Source of the DNA: Raillietiella orientalis
Taxonomy: Eukaryota
Length of the DNA stretch: 64,000 bases
Assembly (NCBI GenBank): GCA_036172245.1
Contig: JAYWIR010000029.1
Span: forward strand, 1,736,001 to 1,800,000
Direction: 5' to 3'
Positions 12,701 to 25,139 of the stretch are shown here, one piece after another. Below the pieces are notes generated by a model. The model saw only the letters and a program-made list of their open reading frames with translations. It had not been told where the DNA came from and did no database searches. Every line of letters begins with the position of its first letter. Position 1 is the stretch's first letter. The position numbers and the translations under genes are program-made.

Positions 12701-13249
12701 CTTATTTACATGAGACTGCAGGGTTTTCGTCAGGAAAAGCACACAACGGCGGTCTATGAACCTTGTTTTTAGCAAACGTGCCGTTTCCTCTGAAATTCTG
12801 TTACCTCACTCAAGAGATCCAGAACTTTCACGTCGATATGTACGAATCTCGTGCAAACCTAGGCGAATTCCAGGCCGTACAATAAACCAAGGAAACGTCA
12901 CTTAGCATCCTACACATCATGAAACGGCAGGTTCGGCGGCGATGTTTCCCTGCAAGCGGATGGAAGGGCAAAGCGGCAGAGGGCGGTGCCGCCTGCCCGC
13001 TGTGCCGTGCGGCCGCTTTCCCAACGGGTGCAACGTGGGGAGGCTTCCTTCCCTCGTAGAGCCCGGACCCAAAGGGCAGCGAGCGATGGTTTCGCTGCTG
13101 GTTTCCTGCGGCGGCGTCCATCTTTCCACCGCTCTTCCATCTCGCCTCGTGAGCCAGGTCGCGTTCGGATGCTGAGGTGCTGCGTGCCTCAGTGACTCCA
13201 TCCCAACGTCGTTTGTCGTTCGCACCCCTTTTAATAAACTCCCGCCCAC

Positions 13250-14150
13250 GATCGTGATTATCAGCAGTATCGGCAGTGTTCTGATTACACGCCAGCGTAA
13301 TGGGAATGGTCACGGACTGTTTTCGCTGCGATTCTGCTCTACTCGTTGTCGACCGGAAGCCGGGCGTCGTCGTCCGGCTCACCGATCGTCCGCCGTTCCC
13401 TCTTTGCAAGAACGCGCTCGACCACGGTCGGTCGGCGGTCTACCCGCGCGGGGAAGAGGAAGTTTCGGGACTCGTGGCACGGGTGCCTGCTGCACTTTGG
13501 CGTGGGTGCTGTTGCAGACAAGGCGTGCGGAAGGAAAGCAAGAAACCTGACGTCTGACGTCCGTGTCCCTCCTTGCTCAGGTGCGAAGTCTGAGCTCAGC
13601 TGGCGCTTCTTCCGAGGTTCTTTCTTTGGCAGGAGGTATCTGTCGGACGTGCCACCTACGTTCGCGCGCGCAACATTCGAAAGCTGGCGCTTTGCGGTCT
13701 CTTCTCTGGTGCGTCCGGCTCGCCACAAAGCAAGACGAGCAGCGACGTGCCTTCCGACTTGTCCAGAAAGGACCGTTGTGTCCAGCGAACGCGAAGGCTT
13801 TCATCGAAGCGACTCGTGGCGTTCGATCCGTCTGCAGGCATCCTCGTCCTCCCTGTCCACTCTCACCTGGAAACGAGGGTGGCGCTTGGGATCTGCGTTA
13901 CGGACTGTTGGAGCTGCGAGCAGATGTGCAGCTGCGAGGCGCTGCGAGAGAGCGGTTTCGTCTGCTGGGTTGTCGCAGGCTCTCGGTTGCGTGTCTCCCC
14001 TTCTCTCCGCTGCGCGGAGTCTTTTGTGTTCCGGGTTTTCCTTGGACCGGATGTCTCGCTGCGACTATCGGATGCAGTTGGCAGCAGCACGCGTCGCTTT
14101 TCTTCTCGCCTCTTGCCGTGTTGTTTTGTTTTGCTTTCGCTTGCCATGCT
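13250..14150 (+). mobile_element. Degenerate RTE-like RT fragment within the GC-rich block
   Basis: FPLCKNALDHG (like F.V..GL.QG), EVLSLAGG..RTCH (like ELLFADD..AH) and RLGSAL (like YLGS) occur in the expected order. Confidence 0.35.
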
Positions 14151-14599
14151 TCTTTGCCCGCTCACCCCCTTTCCACGATTCCTCCCTGACGCGCCTAGCA
14201 ACTGACAGTCGCGGAGGAATTTCGCAGCCACTGATCCGAGGTTCCCGTGAGCGCAGAGAGGGAGGTGAAAGTTGCGCTGAGGGGGGGAGGTGAACGTTCG
14301 ATTGCAGCATCGTCCAAGACAAACTTCTGTGCCTCGGAATGCGATTGTCGCGCGGGGCCGAGATGCTGGGCGATGCCGATGGATGCGTTCGGCGCCTGAT
14401 TCCATGGACGCGAAAGTGTTGTGCTTTGGATGGGATGCATGGGTCGGTGTTTGCGTTGCGGACCTGCTGGCACGAAAACGACGGAGCGCATCTGGCACGG
14501 AGGCTGTGCGGCACGCAAGCAAGCGAGGGTGGATGGGCGCGTCTGCAACGGTGTTCTTCGAGGAGACCTGACCGAAACGGGAGCAACAGCTGACCTCGG

Positions 14600-17500
14600 A
14601 AGAAAGCAGAAGCTTCGGGCTGCGTGTGAAAATCGGTGGTAGCTCGCGAACGTGCGGGATGTTTTCTCGACGGAGCCGCGAAGTTGGATTTTGAAGGAAG
14701 ATGGCGATTGCAAGCCCGACTGGGGGATGTAATTTCGAATAAGGGGATGCGAACGGCTGGCCCCTTGATACATGGATGTTGAGTCGCGGGAAGGAACCTG
14801 GTGATCGCAGTTTCTCCCCGAGGGCGTCGGAGGACTCGGGAATGTGGGCGTTCGCGTTTTCTAGGTGTGCGGGAAGAAGGGGTGGCATCGATCCAAGTGC
14901 AGGCGGCGCTTGGGATGTTCTTTCGAAGTTTCTTTGAGACGATGGGATACGAACGGGCGTGCAGCAAACTTTGAGTAACCAGGTGCAAGGTGCAGGCGAT
15001 TCAGGGATGCAACAAGATGCACGGTTCTGAATGGTGAGCTTCGTCCTACACCGTGGGGAAAGAGAAATATTGTGACCCTTTACATTTTGGTCTTCGTGTA
15101 GGAATGTAGGTGCTTTTCCTTGGAAAATTCAAAGGAAGATCTCTGAGGTATATCAATGTCTACTGACTGATTTGTGTGACCAATTTTAATTGATAGCGGG
15201 CTTGTGATAAGTGTAGGCACGTTCCTGGTAGTCCTGAGAACCTTGGGTTACGGGAAAGAAGAAAGTTTCCAACCCACTTCCGGTCCGGTGGCGATGGAAT
15301 CGAAACATCTTGAGGCGGTTTCTAAATATGCAGGAATGGTATCTTCCGCTGAATGGGAATTAGGGAGTGAAAGAGTGGGTCCTCAAAGAATCGAAATATG
15401 CCGGTGGCCATCTGGTCTTGTTATCACCACTTCTAGGAACATCTCCATGCCGTAAGCCAGATTCACATTCTATCCACTCTCGGGAAACTTTTTCAGAGAT
15501 GCGATAGTGATGCCCTTGAATTCAAAACAGTCATCCCTGCGTTCTTTTCCAGTACTGCTGCTTCTTGTCACTTTTCATCAAGATTTCCACTGAATAGAAA
15601 GTGAGGAAGATTCCATGCCGCAGGTGCAGGAAAGATGCTTCAGTTGAAAGACAGGAACGAAAGACACTGTGATCTTGCACTGAAGATTGTTGCAGATCGG
15701 GTTGTAGCAGTGGAATCCATGCCTGGATTGTGCCGTACCTTCCTTACAGGGAAAGTAAATTTGTGTGAAGTACGCAAAGAGGCTGCTGTACTGTTTTTCC
15801 GGAAGTTCAGCAAAGCTGTGAGTCTCCGCCGTGGCTACACTACGACAAGAATGCCAACGAATCTTCAGAGATTCAGCACTCTCTGTCCCTTCTTGCTTGC
15901 AGTTTTTCTGGAGACGGGATCGCGAACGCGGATGGTCATTTGCAATTTCGGGTTCCCACCAGTAGTTCTAAATCCTCATACGGCTTCTAGGAGTAGGCCA
16001 GATTCTGGTTTCTCAATTGCCTTGGTAGCTCACTGCCTACGCGATGCATCCACTACATCTGTGATTTTTCAACGTTCCACGTGTTCTGTCGAGAGCCGAT
16101 TCTCGATGTGCGTTCTCTGCCATGTGTTCGGAAGGTTCTCGCAATCCGTGTACTGTTCTGACTCTTGCCTGATCTGAATTTTCGAGGAGCGTTTACGGGA
16201 CGTAGTCGTCTGCACTTCTCAAACCCGCACAGCCATCATAGGTGCAAAGGCTCTTTTTACTGCAGCAGGCCTCTCCCAATGAGGATTTGCAACGGTCATA
16301 ACTCTGTCTTCCACATGAACGTGTCGATTCTTCGAAACATTCGCCAACCTGGACAGCAGAAATTCAGCTGCCTGAGGGATCGGAAGAGCGAAGAAATTGA
16401 AGAATTCCGGGCACTCCAGGGTCTTCTTCTGCTATAGCAGGTTGCTCTCGTGTGTGGACGCTGAGAGGTCTGGCATGGTACTTTGTATGGAGGTTTTTTA
16501 CGGAACGCGGAGGAATTTCACTCACAAAATCCCAGAGCCCGAGTTTCCCATTCCTCCACTGTGCATATGAGGAGATTTTTGTTTTTTTATATTCGGAAAA
16601 ATGGAAGAGCTCTGCGTTTTGGGGCACTATTTCTCTGCTGCACCGTGGAGGACCAGGGTGTGCACTTCGTCGAGAGATACTTGCATATCGCAGCATATGG
16701 ACAGTAGGTTGTCAAGCATCTGGACGCATGCAAGCGAGCCGGACCTTTGAAGAGCCACAAGAACAAGGAGCTCCCCTTTGGTCGGCGTTCGAGGAGCCAT
16801 CTTGCCTCCATCATGCGCAAATTGGGGAGCAGGGAGACATTTACTAGTTCAGAAGCATTTGGACCGGGAAAAGGTCGTGTCTTGCGGTGGATAGCATCTG
16901 TACGCAGAGTCATTCCTTGGGACCGTCTGAGATCTTCCGACCACCGCTGCATACGTGCTGTCCTCCTGAACTTACTGCCCGTGAGAGAGACGCCAGCGTG
17001 CTGTGGTGCGAATCGCATATATGCGAGAAGCTCGGCATTTGCAGGGTCATTAGCGCTCTTCCTCCATTTCTATGTGTTTCACACTCATCACCAAGAAGCA
17101 GGACCATCAGGTCAACTGAATCAAAGAAGAGATGGGGGACTGGTGGCCTCCAAGCAGCAGCCAATACCTGAGGTGCGCCACATGACTTCTTCCAAACTTG
17201 GTGTTCACAACAAACATCCGATCACCGCAGTCGGCGTTGTCCGACCGTAAGAAATCTAAGCAGCGGGATGGAAGGAGAAAATGCCGGGAGCTCTTTCTCT
17301 GCTTTGCGCTGCTAGACAAGTGCCGGCTTCGGCGCGAACAGCAGTGGGATGGAGCCTGGGACACGGCCTGACGACAGTGTGTCCTCATGACTACGAGATC
17401 CCCCGTTCAGAGGCGGAAAGAAGTTGAGGCGCATGAGGTGAGTGCGCGCCAGCACGCCGTCTGGGTCACCAGCGTGAGAAGAAGACAGGAAAAGGAAGAA

Positions 17501-18100
17501 GGGAAGTCTTCCCACTGGCTCCCCATTCCGCTTCCGGAGTGGTGCCTGGGTGTCAGGACGATGCTCTGGTGGTGCTGGATGTGGGGGACTCAGAAAGTGA
17601 CAAGGTCACGAGGGAACTCGGCATCACAGGGAGGGAGGGATCTGAATAAGTGAGAAAGTGGGAGATGAATAGGAATGTCGTGCACTCCGGGGAGACCTAC
17701 CAGGAACACCGAACGGGCTACTGCCAGCGATTGTGCATCTGAGCGGCTTGGCACCCATGGGGAGAAAATGGAAAAGCATGCAGAGAATGCGGGGTGTTCC
17801 CACTCCTGCATTTTTTTTTTTTCGCACCCCGACCCGGAGCGCTTCCCCTCCCCCTCTCGTGTGCCCTTCTAAGCCCAATAAAAGAATTCCGACTGGATGG
17901 TGAAGGAAATCTCGAACAACTCGCTCCAGGCTGTTTAAGGGCGCAAGCAGTAGCATCTCTAGAGGATGTCAACACCGCTTCGTAGGCAGCCTCGCGTCCC
18001 ATTTCCATGAGCTGCTCGCCGTCCATCTGACTGCTGAAAGGCAAAGCTCTGACCTCTGGGTCCTCATCGTCAATGCATCTACATCTGGTGTGACACCCGG
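14600..18100 (-). mobile_element. Near full-length, heavily decayed RTE-type LINE
   Basis: Endonuclease remnants LTTYCPYA (~16700) and RIDH (~16330), RT remnant CESGLRHGDV...LEVVITRPDG...SAED (~15350-15480), and C-terminal LVTQSLLHA...SRVLRR...TQHPCIKGPAVRIP (like QLRWxGHVxRM) in ORF 14065-14988. Confidence 0.6.
14958..15036 (+). repeat. Exact copy of window positions 1-79
   Basis: 79/79 identity read directly. Confidence 0.95.
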
Positions 18101-18319
18101 TTGCGCCGGGGCGTTTATTTATAAAAAAAATAAACACATAGGTCAGTGGCAGGACGCTTGATCCTGCCACGTTATAAGTATACTAAAAAAGAGAGCCTGC
18201 CTCAGGCCAGCGAGGTTCGCCTCGGAAGCCGAGGGGGAGGGGAAACAACAAAAAAGAAGAATGAAACCAAAAAAAAATAAATATACAAAAAAATGAGAGG
18301 GTTGTCTATATCTGGTTGG

Positions 18320-18900
18320 CATGACTTGTGCACCTGTCTGTCTTCGACATAGGTCAGAGGGCAAGGACTTCAAACTGCCATTAGAATGCCTGCACTTTGC
18401 AAACAATTTCTTTAGCTTCGTGCCTGCGCGGTTTCCTCGAGGGAAGGAGAAGAGCGCAGGAACAGCACACCACTGCCTGCTACGTAATGATGCATTCCAC
18501 AAACGCGTGACCTCATCATCTGAATGTGTGCCGTATTGGATTCGAAACCGACCACACACACGTTCTCAGAAGTCCAGACAATTCACCATCATGAAGGTTT
18601 CGGTGATGATTACATGCTCAGTGCGCGGCGAGCACCACCCGCTCACTAGATGAGTAGTTTCAGGAGGCTCAAGAAAAGATGAGAACAAAATCAGAAGAGG
18701 AAACGACTAAGATGTTTTCTTTGAGGAGATGGCCACCAAAGGGGAGGCGCCCTTTACTTCTGATCAAACTCCGAGGTAGATTTCCAGAAAGTGATAGACG
18801 TGAAGATTTACCCGTGCCTCAAACAGTTTGCAGTGGTACATCATTATTCCGTGATTTCGCTTTCATCAAAAAGAAGCATATATAATGATTCTCTTACATA
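18320..18900 (+). mobile_element. Penelope-like RT remnant
   Basis: LECLHFANNFFSF (like LCL..NxFxF), VPYWIRN (like P..WxRYxDD) and FFEEMATKGEAPFTSD (like FTxExExNGxLPFLD). Confidence 0.45.
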
Positions 18901-19449
18901 CAATATGCTAAGCCTTTGCAGGGTACTAAATATCAATGTGGACTACTTGTGTTATAATGGTACATAGAGATGAATTCAATTGTTTGTGCATTTCGGAAAC
19001 CAAAGGCAACCCGTCAGCCACCGCATGCTTGAGTTTCTATGGGCGCAGGTATTGCCTTTTATTATGTGATGCATGAGTAATAATGGTATGTAATTGATAG
19101 CCTTTTCGTCTCTGGAGGATGACGATTCTGAAGGAGTAAATCTTATCAGAGAAAAACAACATCGGCAGGGTGTTCAACTATTTTCCTTCTAGACTCAAAA
19201 TTACCTTAAAGAGATAACTCAGACTTTCGGAGAAGAGCTAAAATTTAAAAAAGATTCTATTCCGAAATGGCATGAGATGTTAAAGGAATATTTTCACACA
19301 ATTGAAGGATATCTTTTGAAAGCATTGGGAGCAGATCCCCATGGAAACACACATGTAAGAGAGGACTTAAAGTAATTGAAAGCACAGCTGCCACATCGCT
19401 TTCGTCTGCCTTCCGTTCGACCACAATCCATCCAGTGAAATATTCCAAA

Positions 19450-20330
19450 GCATAATGTCAGAAATTATTGAGAGAGGGGAAAATGTGTGTACCAATCCTT
19501 GATAGCAGCCATTTTCTCTGCTTTGTTCTCTTAGAATTTTTAATCATTCTGCTGAGAACCATTCACGAAATACTTTACTCTCGATTGCTGGAACACACGC
19601 AACTCGGCTGAGAAGACATTCTGAGAAGACTTAGGAAGTGTCATGTCAGAACTTATACATAGATTACGGCATAGATGGATTTTGCTTGAGACCAAATCAG
19701 GAAAAATTCTCATTTTAAGATATTTTTCCTGCTACTAGTTCTGGACGATTGCTAACAGCCCCCTGCAATGACCTCATGAGAGTTTGCTGGTGCTGAGAGC
19801 TAGCGAGGATCTGTTGTCTTTGGGAATTAATATAATACACAATTTGTCCATTTTTTGTTAATTTAGGTCAGCATCTCGTCGCAGAATGCTATGAAATCAC
19901 TGCGGCATTGCAGCATTCGTTGTCAACAGCAAGCGCCAAATTCTTCATTTCTCAGAAACATGTTAGATATTTTTTGGAGATGTTGGACTGTTTTGGAGAT
20001 GCAGTCAGACTGGAAAGCACTTCTAAGGAGCATAGAAAGAAGTCTTCTCAAGAAAGCGACGCTGAATGGCTCAATGCGTCATTTTTCTAATGCAACATTG
20101 ATTGTATATCCTGATTCCCCCCCCCCCCAAAAAAAAAAAAAAAAAAAACAGTATCTACTATATGATGGAGAAGGCGATATAGGTATCTTCCCCTTAAGAG
20201 GTGGTAGAATCCACCAAGCTCTAGCATATTGCATTTCCGCTGGCATTCTCGTGGACTGTGCGTCAAAAGAACGCAAAATCACACGTGCAGGAAATTAATT
20301 TCAATTGGGCTTGTAATACCAGAGAGAGAG
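19450..20330 (+). mobile_element. R2/NeSL-like non-LTR RT remnant
   Basis: LLRTIHEILYSRLLEHTQL resembles R.FH.IL..RL of site-specific non-LTR RTs. A weak LAxADD/GLxxN-like trace lies near 20220-20320. Confidence 0.35.
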
Positions 20331-21749
20331 ATTCCGGGAATTCGTTTTCCGGAATTCCGAAAGGAGCTGACTCTTGAATGTTCATCAGATGCAACGATGA
20401 TCATTCACATCCTTGATCTACGTGGAAGATCATTCTAGTAGTCTACCTTCTAGAGAAATACTTGGTAGCATTTTTCTTGGTAAAGGCCGCGCTTATCGAT
20501 CCCGATGTCTTCTTCGCTAAGCTCAAAGCGAACGGAAGCCCAGAGCCAACCTGGATAACGTGCTGAAGTCGCTGGAGGAGGAAGGGGGGGGGGGGGATGA
20601 AGACAGATGCATGTGAAATCTTTTTTCCTGAGTACATTTTCATGCTCTCTTTAGGAGTCACTTCAGTGCAGCATCTCCTGGTCTGCCTTTGGTAGCATTA
20701 TACTCTCTTCCTTAGAAATTCTACTTCTGAGCTTTTACCCTTCCTGCTTGGCTCAGAGAAATCCCAGCCATCTAGAATCATCATCAAGGGAAATTCACTT
20801 CCTCCTTAATCTCTGCATTCATCACAATCATCATTGGTCCCTATTTCAGACTCACCCAATCTGCAGAATACTCTTAACCTTAAAACCATAGTGAAATACT
20901 AGAGCAGTCGGGAATCTTCCCAACTGATCTTGTTATTATGCCAACTGCCGCGCGCGCAGCTCAATACTGGGCTCAACTTCTGCATGGAGTTGCAAAGAAG
21001 GCTCTGCTTGACCATCCACGATCCGTTTCTTCGCTAAAAACCTGCCGATGAAGACGATGAACCCGACCTGATGTAACTCTGGTTTCAGAAAAGCATCAGC
21101 GTCAACGACATCCACCGGCTCTTCCGCAAATCATCGGGAAAGGAAGTTGCTGAGTCAGGTAAAGAAGGAATGGATGGAGTAATTAGAAGCTGGAGAACGG
21201 AGCAGCCTGAGCACCACTGAGCAGCCTGCCATTGACCTCAAGAGCGGAGGGGCATCGAAGGCAACGTGGGAGCTCGTGAAATTTTAATGTTGAATCCGGG
21301 GATATTTTTCTACATCGCTGCCGAGAACTGACCTTGGATGTGGTGCCACTGAAACTGTCAAATGGTGAGTGGGGAGCGCTCTGCACAGAAACGAGAGGTC
21401 ACTACAGCAGTGGGAGCAGGCTGGTGAGGAAACTGGAAAGAAATGTGGGAACAGGAAAACCGATGAGGTTGCTCTCTAATTCCAAAAACAGAAAATCGAG
21501 GGAGGAAAAAAGAGGGGAAGGAACCCCTAGGATCGATTACACCCTCTCTTGCGAAAGAAGCACGAAAATAATGGAACGGTTCTTTGGAACGCAGGGATCA
21601 TAGTACTGCTCGGTCCTTCGAGCTCACTCAACAAAAAGATCTGTGTTATTGGACACTGAAGAATTCTGGAATCATCTTTCAGACGGGAAAAATGAGGCTG
21701 CTACCTGGAAGCACCTAAACCATAGCATACTACCTGCGGGTGCATCTTT

Positions 21750-22450
21750 GTAATGAATCATGCGCTTCAGATGCTGATCGACATTTTCTTGTTAACAGAA
21801 GGCAAGAGATACTCAAGAAACACTACCCTGCTTCCAGAACTGAATCTCTCCGTTCTTACTGCATTATCGATTGTTTCATCCTTCGTTTACAGTCCTAAAC
21901 ATCTTCCAGTATTTTCCGTTCTTCTCTTTTCACGTTTTGTTCTCTCACGAAGGAAACAAAGGGTGCATCTGCTGAACGCTCTTGTTTTCATTCCAAGATT
22001 TTATCCCGAAGAGATCTTATTTCGTCGAAAGATCATGTCCCAGAGATCAGAATCTGCTCCGCTGGACGAGTTCTTAATAGGACAACGAAGCGCATCCTAT
22101 CAGAACGGTTCACTCTTCATGCAGTATTGCCAGAATATAATACAGAATTTGCGGCGCTTCACATTTTCCGAGGGATCGATTTATCCTCAGTTGACCACGG
22201 TTTACTTGACCAAGTCTTTCCTCTACCAGGTATTTTTGGCATCTTTGTATCGTGCCAAACGGTATGTAGGAACCAATTTGTCCTGTAATTTTTGCTTGAC
22301 CTTGATATTTCCATTTAGATAACTAGTATCTCTGTCCTATCGTTTGGCACCTGCAAGATGAATCACATGATCATGCCATCTTCAGCAGCATGTTTTCATA
22401 CTTAAGCGGACACTTGATCCGTCAGCAGCAATCGTGAAACGGAGTCGGAA
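21750..22450 (-). mobile_element. LINE APE-endonuclease remnant
   Basis: QILYYIL and SGADSDL resemble IDYIL...GADxxSDH. Confidence 0.35.
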
Positions 22451-24759
22451 ATGTATGGTTTTTGTTTGATGATACCGCATCGATGATTATGCAGTTTCCT
22501 CTTGATTTATTGTTTTGGATGTCAATTCAAAGATGATGTGTCCCTCGAGTGGAGCATTTCTTTGACTCCGAGCCTGTCCTCACCTTCAGGGAAAGCTCTT
22601 GGCAGCGACACGCTGGCAGGGTAGAACGTTGCCTGCAGCATCGCAGGGAAAGCGAAACCTTTTGCTGGATGGTCCACACGGGATCTGTCGGGCAGTTCTG
22701 CGACCTAGAGTATCCCACCCATAGGACTGCTTTGCTGGGCATACCTCCTGAAGATTCCCTCAGAAGATCTGGTGCTGCCAGCGGCTTTGGCGGACAGGTC
22801 TGAACTGTGACAGGTGCGGGAAAGTCAAGCCTTTTCCGAAATCGTTTGCCGACCATTTTGCCCTCCGGCCCGCCTGGAATCGTTTTGTTATGACCCTCCG
22901 GGAGAGTCCATCATGACGGAAGTGCTGTCCACTTCGCTGTTTGCTTCTCGCGAATCTCAACAAGATGGCTCCTGTCTGGGAAACACGCGGATGGAACTTG
23001 CTGTCCTCTTCCAGAGGATGCAGAGTGCTCCCGCAACAGACAGTAATTCCTTCCCCAACCCTCTCTTCTCCTCAAAAATTCTATATTTATGTATTTATGT
23101 ATTTTCATTTCATTGTTTTCTCAGTGTTTGCTTCCTTTCCCTCTGTTGTGGGAAGAGTCCTCGTCTGTCTGCGTACCGCTGTCTCGGTGTGTTCCCGGGT
23201 GAATGCGAACGTGGTAGAACTTACAGCCCTTCAACTAATTTTTGTGTTTATCGTTGCCAGGAAACGTCTCCGGCCCGACCGAACGATAAGACTGCATCTT
23301 TACAAGTGTTCTTGGTGTAAATGTGGAACCAGAGTTCAGGAAACACAGAGAATCCGCTCATCAGCCGAGATGACCTGAAGTTGGCTGCGAAATTCGATCG
23401 CCGCCAGTTAGTTGCGCTAGATCTTTCCCATGCACGACAGACTCGAGGATGATCTCGCCTGACGGTGCCCATGGAAACACAACCTCCTCGAATCGGGAGG
23501 GGAGTGATCATGGAATTCACTTCATTTCCGTCTATATGTAACTGAGAATCTTTCGGCAAAGAGGCTCAACGTGGTGACAGATTCCGATTCTGCTAACTGA
23601 AAAAAAAAAAAAAAAAAAAAAAGAGCGAGCAACATGGCACCCCCAAGCGAAAGAACGCTCTTCTACATAACTCGATGCTCAAGAGCAAGTAATGCTACTG
23701 TAACACAGATTTTCTCCTCCAAACGCTTTTTTCTTCACACTTTGGATGGTGAAACAGGAGCCTCATGAGGACTCTATCCGGTCTTTGGTTGGTAGGACGC
23801 TACATTCCATCACTGAGTCGCTGAGCATACTCTGATCTATATGAAGTCACCATGACAGGTAGTAGAATTGGATAGATGAGCCACAGGACGAAAGTGGGGA
23901 CATCTTACTCGACTGGGAGATCCTTGTCTCCATCCATAAACTAGAAAGGAAAGAAACTGAGGGGCCATACGTGAAAAACGCTGAAACTTCTTTCGAAACT
24001 GCCCAAACTGTCCAATAAAATGTATACAAGCAGTCAAGGTCAGGGCAAGAAGAAGAAGAGGAAGAAAAAAAAAACTCCGAACATTTTGTCAAACACGATG
24101 GAATCTTCGTTCCTCAAAGACTGTGTCTAATGGTGTAAGTTTCCTGTTGAAGTCAAGTAATGATGCACTTCTGTACATGGAAAGACCAATCACGGAAGTG
24201 TGATGAACAGTGATAAACATTATAGTTACGTTTCTAAGACATTGAAGTAGCTCCTCCTGAAGTTCTTCATTTCCCAGAACAGTTTCCCAGCCGATTCCCA
24301 TTGTTTCATCTCGTGAATTCTCGTCGCATATTTGTGTACATGTTCGAAAAGTTCTATGTCCTCATAGCAAGTGTGCCATTCATTTACGGGTAACAACTTC
24401 TTTGAGGAGCAATCATCAATCAAGCGTACACGAATCCGTATGTGATAAATGCGCATATAAGATGTGTGTAAGTACGCAGACACACAACATAACATTTGTT
24501 TCCGTTTATTTCACATGAATAGTGTGTACGCTCAACTTGTGTGCGTATGTATATAAGATGGCTGACAGCAGAAGATCGGTTCCCGTCTGGAGAACGAGAT
24601 CGATAGAGCCAAGGGAGATGAAACTAGTAGGTGAGTGTAGAGTTAGTCGTTTACACGCTAATACATTGAGTATCTAATGAGAGCTCCATTATGCTTTTTT
24701 TTTCTTTTTAAATAGCACCAACACTGATTTGATGAAAACGGCTGGTTTTCCTACCTTCA

Positions 24760-25130
24760 GATGTTTAATTTACCCAGCGTTTTTTGATCACAGATACCCT
24801 TGGGGTCTTGGTCGGACTCGTATCTTTTGGCTGCGAAACTCGTTTCTCAGTGCGATGGATTTTCGAGTACCTTAATGAGTTTGCCACCCACCAATCACAT
24901 TCGCCACAACGATCCACCGGAATGGGTGGATTATCGGGAGGAGTGCACCTCAGCTTTTCTGGTTTCATTTTTTGGAACAGATCCAGACAACATTTGGCAT
25001 CCTCTGTGACCACCTGCGCAAACCTTGCAAAAACGACAAAGGATAGAAATCATCGTGAGGACGTGCTATGAGTTTTGTCTACGTTTTGCAGAAAGTGTTC
25101 AAAACAGCTGAGTTCATGAACAGCTTACGA
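24760..25130 (+). mobile_element. Possible Maverick/Polinton packaging ATPase remnant
   Basis: MFNLPSVF*SQIPLGS (like FxHPxT...GPxGSGK), then RNHR and FVYVLQKVF (like SHH..SV..xQNLF). Walker motifs are degraded. Confidence 0.3.
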
Positions 25131-25139
25131 GGGTGGCAT

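Noticed and set aside
13450..13475. ggaagtttcggg resembling the RNase P CR-I motif
   Set aside because: No matching CR-V or P4 partner was found downstream.
12828..14988. Several 190-340 aa overlapping ORFs
   Set aside because: Arg/Ser/Pro-rich products expected by chance in GC-rich DNA. The only recognisable content is degraded RTE motifs.
21753..22322. 189-aa plus-strand ORF
   Set aside because: It is the antisense shadow of a LINE endonuclease remnant.
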